This document shows positions 1 through 11,600 of a DNA stretch of 64,000 bases, in pieces (within the stretch, counting starts at the first letter, position 1; every line of letters begins with the position of its first letter). The translations under genes were made by a program, and so were the position numbers. The DNA is taken from assembly GCA_002633005.1 (NCBI GenBank), contig NMRA01000494.1:1-64000 (forward strand), written 5' to 3'. Origin of the DNA: Phoronis australis. Its lineage: Eukaryota; Animalia; Phoronida. A model generated the notes under the pieces. It was not told the origin of the DNA and did not search any database. It was given only the letters and a program-made list of their open reading frames with translations.

Positions 1-1
1 G

Positions 2-181
2 GGCTTAAATAACATAAGTTTAGAGTTTCATGTCTTGGACTGGGACCGCGTGACGAAAAACGAGATTATTGGACGGCTAGAGATGGGGGCGCGCTCTGTC
101 GGCGAAGCACTGTATCACTGGAATGAAGTGGTGTCTTGTCCCAGAAAACAGATCGCCCAGTGGCATAAACTAAAGGATTAA
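2..181 (+). CDS. SYT4: Synaptotagmin-4/11-type, terminal coding part (end of C2B domain); gene begins upstream of the window
   Basis: The frame from base 2 reads [59 protein letters not shown] (TAA 179-181). [10 protein letters not shown] and PRKQIAxWHxL are characteristic of invertebrate Syt4. Confidence 0.9.
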   Translation, partial: GLNNISLEFHVLDWDRVTKNEIIGRLEMGARSVGEALYHWNEVVSCPRKQIAQWHKLKD

Positions 182-3100
182 ATCCTCGGATAACGAATTT
201 ATGTTATTATGGAGTCCTGGGCTGCGTTCCGTAGACACAAGAATCTCGCGAAAGCGCAAGTCATCGCAAGATCTTTCGAAACATTACAATTGAAACACAT
301 GACCGAGAAAATCTGATTTTCTTGTGATTGTTTGCAACAAACTGCCTTTCCAGTTTGTCTAAATTTCAACAAGAAGGTGACGTAAACCGCAGTACATTAT
401 TCACAGTGCCTTAATTCAGCGAAGGCGCTGTGAAGGAGCGCAAAACAGCCATTTAAGTACACCCAGCGCCAACACTGGACGATACCCGCAAAGTAACGAG
501 CGAGACGACACTGAAAGTCCTGATGGCCCGGAGATTGCAACTCAGAACTCATTGCATGAACGAACCTCGGACACCTTTAAGAATTTACCACCGATTTGAT
601 TTATAACGTGGTAATGCATTCAGGTCGAGTGAACTGTTTGCTGCATGTGAAGCCCCTCTTGTTTGTTAGCGATAACTTAATGTAAGATTTTCATTTCATG
701 AATGAATGCTAAATTGTTCCAGCAGTAAACATTTTCAAAGTTTCGGTTTTCCACAAAACATTTTTGAAAACAACTAAAAATGATCAATGGACACATTTAA
801 AAACCCCATGATATGCTGTAAAAGGGACAAACTGCCACTGTCTTCTACTATGATAGGATTTTAGAGGGCCTGGCACACATGCGCATCTGTGTGGAAAACC
901 TTTAAGGTAATTGGATAACTTTACTATCAAGAGTCACACGTCTATAAATATATTCTAAAATACAACTCATCAAGACATGAAACCATGCATTTTTCAAATT
1001 CTTGATGAACACGCAAACCTACTTTGCGCATGAAAATAATGGCTTACTGTTTGTAGTCACTCGATATGCTCTTCTTAAACGTGATTTGCAAGTTCGGCAC
1101 GGTAAGTCGCGGCTGTCACATCCCTGATAAATTTCCCACTAACCTGAAATTTCTATCTTTATATTACATTAGGTACAATGGGGTGTCTAGAAAAAAATAC
1201 CAACGCCTATTTAGACGAAAAATCCAATCGTCCAAAATCAATACCTCGGCCATTTTGTTTTTTTTTCAACGAATAGGCCTTGGTAAATTTTCCAGCCTGC
1301 CGATTGTACCTACTACAATATGATATAGAATGTTCAAGTTTCATGCAAAATTTGTCACGTACATGGCAGCCGTGACTCAACTCAGGTCAAACTTGGAAAA
1401 GTCGCCTTTAAAAAAAAAACACAATAACGTGACAACAAACAGTAAAGCAAGATGCGCACAATAGTTTTCTGTGATCACCAAGGAGTTATACATGTATTTT
1501 AAAACATTTTTAAAGAAGTATGACTCTTGGTAGGGAAGGTATCCAATTAGAATAAGCACGTAATTTTTGGAAAGTCGTTAATTGTTTCGAGATCGTCAGC
1601 GCATCGCGTGTCTTTCCAGGTATAGAAATAACCACTGAAATGTACCCTTTCTGTTGGAACAACGGACATACGTGGCCATGGACCAGGGGTTCGTTCCGGG
1701 GAGGCAGTTCTTGCAAAATCAAGCGACTGTTTCGCGGGTAAACACGAAATGATACTAGTGTATACACGTAAACTGGGTACACGTGGAGTTTCGTAAGAGC
1801 AAGAATCTCCCTAAATAGGCTAGTGTGAACACGTGCTTCCGGCGATTGTACTACATGGCTATACCGGTATTTCGCTAATTTCTGCGTTTCTGTGAGGTTC
1901 TCGCGTCTACGGAAAGCACTTCTGTCCGTATTGACCTGATAGGTTGGCTAGACTACAATGTAGAGCTTTGACTTACGGCAAACAGTCAGGTTTCTATTCC
2001 CTAAACGAATCTTTCTAGTTGGAACGGTGTCTTAAATGTCTCACGCCTATAGAATCAGCTCTAAAAATGAATTGCGCATGTCCAATGTTTAGAAATGTGA
2101 CACTGCAGGCTTTCTGTTGTTTGCACAGAAACGGCAGGAATGCGTTCCATAGACATGAGGCAACAGCGAAATAGAATAATTATGTAAGACCACGTGAAAT
2201 CACCGCATGATTGGAAGGTGAGTGCGCGTAAGTACTCGGAGGGACCTTTGAATTATCAGCTTACATAAACATGGGTGTGATTGGCTGGGCAGGTTGAAAT
2301 GTTGAATTATGGGATGGAAGTCTTTGTTGGGGTTTCATAAACGATGAGACAATGACACTGATCAGGCATTCTGTTAAGAGTTGAAATTAAAGGATCGAAC
2401 AAGTACTTTAATTGAGAGATTTTCTCATCATGACTGTAAAATCAATGGATATAGCCCACAGCGTATCAACACATCTTTTCAAGTCAATGAGTTGTACATG
2501 CAAATAGAAAGTCTACAGAATATAAAGGTTTGTTGAAATGGTGTGGATTTCCGCCAATGATGACACTTTAGAGCAAATAAGATTTCTTGTACCTGTAAAA
2601 TCAAATTGAGTCTGAGATAATAAGTGGGACCATTTAAGAATGGACCAGGTTATTGTTGAAACAATGACATGTACGCTTTATAAACCGACCTGCAGAACTA
2701 ATAAATGAAAACAACAGCAAACATTATTACACACAGTCTGAAAAATCTATAACCTTGGGTTAATTAAAGAGACGATTATGTAAACAACATCACTCCCATA
2801 CTGTGTTTCAATAAATACATCATAAAAAATCAATGGAAATGTTCGTTTAAGTACTTTCTCTGCCGTGCATAGGCAGTTCTTTAGTTTAATGCAACTATGC
2901 TGTGCAGTCACGATAAATATGGATTTTTAGAGCAACGTGTGGTCATCCTGGTATGCGCCCGTTTAGAGAGATCATGCGCATCTTCGTGAGATATTGCCAC
3001 CGCCAGTCCAAACCAAACCATTGCAATAACCTGTCAACAAGGAAAGTAAAATCTAAATACAACGTGCGCATTTCAAGCTTGATTGCAAGACAGGCTGACA

Positions 3101-5629
3101 GACTTACGAGAGACGCCACAAGATCTAAAACTAAAGATAAACGCAATTCACCAGGTCCAAAATCATTCGACATTGTTGGCTTGCATAAAACTTGATTTTT
3201 GCAAGACGACAAATGTTCAACTTTGTCGACTTGACGCATGGTGGCGCAGTGTCTTCGTCGCTATCCAGTGTATAATTTTCATGCAAACGGACGCACGCCA
3301 ACGCGCCAATGCACTAGACCATATTATTTACATGTAAGTACATTTCCTGACATTTTATGACAAACGAGGTCAATTACATAACGGGCTTAAACGAGTAGAG
3401 TAAGTTTTTTTAATCTAACCCTTTCCTTTGAAATCAGCTATATCGCTGAAAAAACATGTGAAATTTACATTAACCAAAGAAGCATGTACAACCCATTATA
3501 TTGCCTCCGAATGTATGTTTTAAAAATTTTATTCATGTTTTATTTCTCGGTGTTTTTAAGTTTTCCCCATTTTAAATAAATTGATTGTTTCAGTTTTTTT
3601 ATACTGTAATTAAATTTATTCGATAGACTAACTCACCAAGTAACTGATGCTGTGCACTCCATTTTCCTTGTTTTATATTCTATTGTTTCCGCTACCTATA
3701 TTTTCATGTTTTACTATTTTTAATAAGTGAAGTGCTTTTATTTCATTTTGTTCCTTAATGTTTTGTAAATAGTCACTGATAAGTGGTGCTATAAAGTAAT
3801 AAATATCTGAATACATGTGCTTAAGTTAGCTTTGAGCACGGTGCGACCTTTTCTTCGGAGGCAAACAAGCCTCCTCCTGCACGTTTATTGGATAGATTGT
3901 TTATTCATCAACAAAATCATCGTTCTTATGACGTTATAGGCCACAGCCCCCTTTAGCCGTTAGTTTACCGTTACCAAGCAACCAGTAACAAAGTGTAGGT
4001 AGTATAATGGAGTGCAAATCATGTAAAATGATCGTCTGTCATTTCACCGAAATAACAAATAAAAAGTTAACGAATTCCTGAATCAGTATACGTTTATTAA
4101 TTTTTCTTCCTTTTTGGAACTTATGAATAGTAAGGCCAGTCCATGCGAGTAAAGCGTTTGCCCACGGCATTTGCAAAATCTCGAAATTTAAGATTGTTCA
4201 TACGACTCTGAAAAAAATTTCAGCTTCTATAAACCTAACTGAAAGCTATTGCACGTATAGATCAGTGTTAATAGAAATTCGAATTAATTTTGATTGTTAT
4301 ATAACCCATTTGTTGGTATTACATGTATACTACTGAGATATCAACTCTTTTGTTTTTTTATTTTATCAAAAATTAGAAACACTTGCAGTGCAACTGTTAT
4401 CAACTCAGGATCAATACGAATATCAATATAGAACATCGGACGTGTTGATTCAAAAATGGACATTTGTAAATCAAAAAATATAAATGAAGCACCACTGTTT
4501 TTAAGTCCACTACAGCTTGAGAGACGCGCAGTTGCCTAGTGCCAAATTCCAACAAGTGCATTGTCTGTACCTAAAACAACGAAAATATGGACAACCAATC
4601 ACTTGCCTCAGGGTTTTTATGGTGTAATTGGATTTTGAAACGACGAAAGAACGCGGAACTTTTCTTGGCACAAAAGCGTGCCAATTTCAGTATCACAATT
4701 ACACCGATGCGTTTCTGTAGAAGGCGATTACAGTAAGTTGTCGTGTTCAAATTGTTACGTAAGTTTGTTCATTTGAACTGATTAAGACAAGGAGTTTCTT
4801 CTTTAACAAACACATAACACACTTTATTCACGCAGTTGCCATATTACATAGACCCCCCTTTTATGTTTTAAAAAACAAGACATTCAATCACAGTGCAAAA
4901 CGCAATTTTCCGCGTGCCTCGTTACATGTATATCTATATCTCAGATGCATGTTTTTTAAACTTAAAAAGAGGCTTTTTTAAAATGGTAGCTGCGTGAATA
5001 AGGTTCATTGGTTGACGTCATTGAATAAATTCATACCTAATGTCTACACTTAGGTTGCCTATTGCATAGTATTGACACCATTGTGATGTTTGACGTCGCA
5101 CATTATTTTTAAACGCCAAAATAACATTTTTCAAATTACATAATTAGTTATTTGAAATAAAAATCGTTGGATTCAAATGTTACGCAAATTTACGAAACAA
5201 CGACTGCTTTACGGTCGAAATGAAATATATACTTTTACTTTGTCGGGGTTTTGTAGATAATTCTGTGGCTGAATGCACAGAACTACCGATAACTGAGGTC
5301 TTATATTACCAACAAACATGACAAAAACGTGAAACCCAGTTGCAATGTTGCCTTAGGCCTCGCTTTGGTATAGTCCCAAGACCACGCAAAAATGGGACTT
5401 TTCTTGAGGAAATAACTATGGAAATTCACCCTCATTAGATAATGCAGTGGTCCTAAATACACCCATCTGAGCGTCATCTCGACCGATCAATGCTGACCGC
5501 CGCTATAGCGTAATCACCGTGGATTTGACCTCCGACCCCCTTTGACTGACAACATTATGTGCAATGTACACTGTACCGTTTATCAGTGCAGCGAAGCTCA
5601 ACTTCACTCACTTCGCTTCACTGTGTAAT

Positions 5630-8600
5630 ATGGCTCAGGTTGAAGTGTTCTACGGCTGCAAAGACGGAGTGCCGTCTACGAAGTTAGAACACAAAGATTT
5701 GCCGGAATTGGACAAGGGAGAAATTCTCGTGAGCGTTCGTCTGGCAACGATATGTGGCTCAGACTTGCACACGTTAAAAGGACTGCGGCAAGAAGCGACG
5801 CCGGGGTACGTTTTTGACGTTAAGCACTTGTAAACGCCGTTGTTGCCAGAATCAAGAAATTTACACTAGCCTCTAGGTAACAAATGAACGTGATGGGCTT
5901 CATATTGATTTCGACTTTTCAAGACAACAGACTGAGTATGAGTTCGTCGGAGGACTCATGAGTTGGCGCAACACTTCGAGAAATCACGTGGTGTACAGTA
6001 ATTCAGCATGACCTTTCTCAAAGTGCATTAACTTCTTTGCTTGCTAATCTTAATCTAGGAACATGGTTCCTAGTCTTAAAGGAGGCAATGCAAGGATACA
6101 GTCTTTATTCTACTCTGATTTTAGTTGTGAGCACAACTGTCATCATAGCAAAGTTGACATCAACCACAAATGAGTTATCGATTGACCTAGTTTTCATCGA
6201 GGAATGCACTACCGGCGGGTCTACCGGCAGATGTCACTTTGCGTTCTGTGAAACTTCAAAATCCCGACGGTTCTTGAGCCTCACGGGGGCACGCGATGCT
6301 ATACCTTGTACATTGGGAAACTTAAAAGATTTAAGGCAGTCAATGAGGCCACTCTGATGTAAAGTTCGAAAATGCCGTGTCGCGCACACCTTAGGAATAA
6401 ACAAAGAACACGGTATTAGACTTTGGTTGGAATGGCAGAGCATCAGCTAAGATACGAGACTTGCCCATATCATTTTTATAGGAGTCTTGGACACGAAGCA
6501 GTTGTTGAAGTTGTCACTTCTCGTCGCCATGGTATCACGCAGGGTCAAAGATTATCATTCACAATTATGGATTCTTGTTCGAGATGTCATCCGTGCCAAA
6601 GTGATTTACCACAGAAGTGTGATCGTTTGTTCAAGGTATATTTATTTATCACTAAGTGCTTTTTCGGTATATGGCAAATTAAGGGTGACCATGGAAGTTT
6701 AATCCCCCGTAAAATGAACCAGTGGCAGATCTGGAATATCATAAGGGGCCGGCAACAATTGTCTCGAGGACCATCGCGCGTAGAGCGCGATTGACAGTAA
6801 AGGCTCGTATACAACGACGAAGGGGGGAGGATATTTGCAAATAGCGCGGCTAAATCCCACGACTCAGATCGCATTCTGGAATGCGACGTCGGTTAACGGC
6901 AAGTTTTCAACTCGACAAGTTTCACGCACTAATAAACGCCCCTCCTAGACTTTCACGTGGTTTACGTATCTATTTTGTCCCGGTGGCGAACAGATACATA
7001 GGCCTAAGCAGGCACATAATTTATGCGTCATGACGCATACTGAAATGACATTCATAGACAACACTGTGTATTAACATCACATCCTGAAAGAAGATTTTTT
7101 AAGTAGACAAAGCATCAATTCTTTTATTCTTGTTTTAACGCATTTATACAGTATAACAGCGGTATCGCCGCTTGTCATTTACAAATGGAAAATTTTAAAG
7201 TGGATGGACTCGAACTCACGACCTCTTGATCAGAGTGCACGCAATCTTTCATTGCGCCACCGCGTTTCTTCACAATAAGGCAGAGACATACTTGTTTACG
7301 GTCCACACGGTGCGCGTACAAATCTGCTCCTTCCTGTAGATGTCTATTGCACGTTTTATATTTTGTGCAACCAGTTAAAGCAAACGTTGTTGTGTTTACA
7401 TGCGCCCTCCGAGGGGAACATGGTTTAAAACAGTCTTAAGTTGCCCAAAGGACTAAGTCCATTTTCCCCTCGCATTAACCCCAGGCGTTTGCTTCGCAAA
7501 TCGTCTTAATTTTAATGTATGACAAAGAGAGAATTATGAGTTTTTGAATGATTCATTGAGGTTTCTATTAGAATTTACTTCTTACTAGCACCTTCTGTGT
7601 CTTCATCGTCACTCAGCTTCGGTTTTCATCGAAAAAATGAAGTAATTTTCTTCATTGCACAGTGGAGCAGACGACGGAATAGGAGTGGTAGTGCGCAGCG
7701 CAACTGCCGGTCGCCTGAGATATCACGCGCATGTCGACCAGTAGCAGCACGACCGGGAGTAGGCAATGACCATCGCCTCTGTTGGCCCGAAGCAGAGGCG
7801 ATGCAGAGGCTATAGGCGCTCTGTACGCCGGAAGCTTTTCGGCGAATTATGCCTCGCACAGACTAAACCATCAAAATCACGTTGTTATAAATACCTTTTG
7901 CGCATAGAGGAACACCTTAGGAGGTTGTCGATGTGTTTAAGTCCTTCCAACTCGAACAAATACTCCCGTTATGAAACTTTTTCTTCGAGCAGTCCCTATT
8001 TCAGTTCCCAAAATCGTGAAATCAAAATTTTCATTTTTTTAACCAGGCCGAAGGTCAGAAGTTGCGGTCCTACCAGCGAACTTTGAAAGCTGAAGTTCCC
8101 GCCCTTTGCGTACGTGCTGCCGGGAACCAGCCGTGCATTTGCCGTGTTGTTAAACATTAAAATGTCAAATATGTGCACAAAGACTATTAAATGTCATATC
8201 AACAACATTTATTTTTATCAAATACAAACAATTATTCATTGAAATACAAACAGTTTCAAGTAACGCCAATTAAAGACAAGTATAAGTGGTGGCATTTTGG
8301 AAACGAAGATTTGACTGACAAGACCGCAATGGCTCACCTTTGGCCTATTTAAAGATTGAGGTCATGAAGTCACATCACCTAGCGAGCGCAGTAAAAATTG
8401 GAGCGTGCGCAGTACAAAAATTTTGATTTCACGATTTTGGGAACTGGAATAGGGACTGCTCGAAGAAAAAGTTTCATAACGGGAGTATTTGTTCGAGTTC
8501 GAAGGACTTAAACACATCGACAACCTCCTAAGGTGTTCCTCTATGCGCAAAAGGTATTTATAACAACGTGACTTTGATGGGTTTAGTCGGTGCGAGGCAT

Positions 8601-11600
8601 AATTCGCCGAAAAGCTTCCGGCGTACAGAGCGCCTATAGCCTCTGCATCGCCTCTGCTTCGGGCCAACAGAGGCGATGGTCATTGCCTAGACCGGGAGCA
8701 GCATTACTTAGCCATAGTTGCCGGTTGTTTGAACCAGTCACTTGAAATTGGGTCTGAGCCCCCTCCCCACACACGCACACATAAACCAAAACTTCACACC
8801 ACATTTTCAAATCTTGTTTCGGCTGTACATGTACAATGTATAAAGTTAGTTACCAGGATTAATTAATGAACTCAAAATTTCCTCGCGCTTTTGCTGTTAT
8901 ATTTTTTTCAGCCTACAAGGGAGGGGTTCCCCTAATTCTGCCCATGAAGGAACACACATGGACTTACTGCCGATAACAGAGGGCTGTGAGACTAAGGAGG
9001 GACCTTTGACACAGCGACGGGGGTAGAAAGTACGTAGGTAGTGACAGCGGGTGGGGAGCTGTGGAGCAAGGATTTACGAACATTAGCTATGTGTGTTGCC
9101 TAATCATATGCGTGTTATCTTTCTACATGTATAGGAGGAAGCTGTTTAAACTATTTTTGTTAACATTTATAGTACGGACATAGTCTTGACGCTGACGGGA
9201 AAGGTCTTAATGGGTGCTATGCAACTCACATTGTAATTCGTCCTGGTACACACGTGGTCACTCTTCCCGATCACGTGACGGACAAGATGGCTGCACCTGC
9301 AAACTGTGCATTGGCAACGGCTGTTTGCGGCTTGGAAAAGGTGGCACAATCATGCAAAACTCTTCAGAGCGCCTTGGTTCAGGTAATGTGAATATGTCGT
9401 CAGTGTATTTTTTCATTTTGTTGTTATTGTTGGAACTTTTGATCAATGCTTGTCCATGCAAATGGGACTCATTCCGGAGTAGTCGCACAAATTCAGAAAC
9501 TCGTTTTCATTCCAAGTATAAGTATGTGGATTAGTGCGTCAAACAGAAAATGCTCGTGGACGATTTAGGAAAGTGGTAATGGCAGATCAACGATTATACG
9601 TCACTGACGCGCGATGATCGTGCCTGTATCTGGTGCTCAGCTGCGTGAATCTTTCGAGCTTAAAAGTTTAGTAGAAACCTTGCCTCAAAGCACTCTGGTA
9701 TTAAATGTCACACAGTAGATTATTGATTCACCATGCATGAGTCAGCAAGAGAAACTAAGAACCAAAATAACATCGGCAAGATAAGTGATCTACCTAAGCG
9801 CAGAATCAGACCAATGGCTGGTTGCACGAAACAGTCCCAAATAGGGACTCAAATAAGTTCCCTAATTCTTTGGCGTATTTGTTTCGTTATTTAATCACAG
9901 ATGTACTATTTTTATCATTTTTCTTTATTACGAGCTCCTCTTTGACTAGTTATATTTTCTAATAATATAATTAAAAATTGAGCGGCTAATTCAGTAAAAA
10001 TAATTAGGGACACAGTCCTGAAATTAGGGGCGTGACATGGAAAGATCCAATAACATTGGGAATATAACGTACTAGACATCACTCTAGATTTGCATCAGAG
10101 CATCAAAATTGGCTTAGTAAAGAGACTCAAACAGCATAAGAAAGAACAGTCAGTGTTTTCACAAGCTCACAATTACACAATAGGTTTAGGGAACTTGGTT
10201 GAGTCCCTATTTGGAACCTTCTCAGTCTTAGTTAAACGCCATATGCCTACTGAAAAATGAATCACACTCGACAAATTGCAGAATATTTTAATCGTATTTA
10301 ACACATATTTTCAGTGTATGCTTGGCAGACAACAGCAGGAATTATCGACCGGTAATAAAACAATTAAAGCAACAAATTTTGTAGTCTTATAAATCTGGTC
10401 AAATCTAATAGCTCCAGAAAGTCTATCCCACTCAACAAAAATCTCCAAAATGCGATTTTCGGTTATAAAAGCGATTATCATGTGCTTTTAATAAAGTATC
10501 AAAGATCACAAAGTTCTTTGATGACAAATTATAGAAACAGGATTTTACCAAGTAGGTTTCAAAATTTAACAATCTTTTACACCACTGAGAGGTTTCTCTG
10601 TTATTGTTACTATGTAGCTCTTCTTAAAATATTCCGGTGAATGCACATCGTGTGTGTTTTAGGTAAAGGGCTGCGTTTATTTAGGAAGTTGCTGAAATAA
10701 CGTTATGAAGTCATGTTTAGACAATCATACTCTGTAAAGATTTTGGCACATGTTTGGAAAACGCAACCATTTTTTACGGATGCATCTCCCATTCACACGC
10801 ATCCACTGAATTTGAAAACGCTCCCCTGACTGGATTTTTTAAATACCGAACGTTTTATTAAAGGATACGGCGTCCACAACCAAAAACGCAACTTTCTGAA
10901 AACCCCAACGTCAGAGTCACGCTCGCGTATTCGTGCTGGCTGGTGAAACACAACTTTTCGAAAACGCTGCGGAGTCACGATCGTATGAGAATGGTCGTGT
11001 GAAAACACGAAGAAAAATTTACGTTTTTAAATGAAAACGAAGTTGCGGAGACGGGACTTGAGACTCCCAAAAAGAGCATTATGGAGACATTAAAGGAGAA
11101 TGCCTCCCAAAAAACAACCTACTTTGTATCAATTTAGATCGAGTAGTTCTCAATAACGGCAGGTTCGGTTGCGTTACCTGACACCTGACGGCAGACGGAG
11201 GTGTTGAAATTATCCAATGACGTAATTGGTTTCACTCGCAGTCTGTTCAGCAGTTCACAACATGTGTTAGTGGTGTCAGCTTATCGCTTGAATTCATCGC
11301 TTAACACCAATAAATCATCAAACTTCGTTGTAAAACCCTTAACAATACACCGAGTTCTTATAAAAACGTGTTGTTTTATTTCGCTGTTACGGATTTATTG
11401 GTATTTGGACACACTGTAGCCTACAAAGTTCGGCTGGCCAATTTATTAAGGTCCGTAGCAGGAGTTTAGGGTCTGTTCGGAGATAAATTCGAAGTATTCT
11501 TCTGTAAAAAAGACAGGAGAACCTAGATCTGTGTTGTTTATACTTGTGATTTTTTGAGTTCTAAACACACAAAACGCTAGCNGAGCACCTCAAGGCATTA

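Noticed and set aside
7766-8667. ORFs 7766-8086 (+) and 8362-8667 (-) sharing the same peptide
   Set aside because: They are the two arms of the foldback element's inverted repeat, not genes.
11560-11600. About 500-bp deletion in Kolobok-like copy 1
   Set aside because: It coincides with the assembly N, so it is probably a gap rather than biology.
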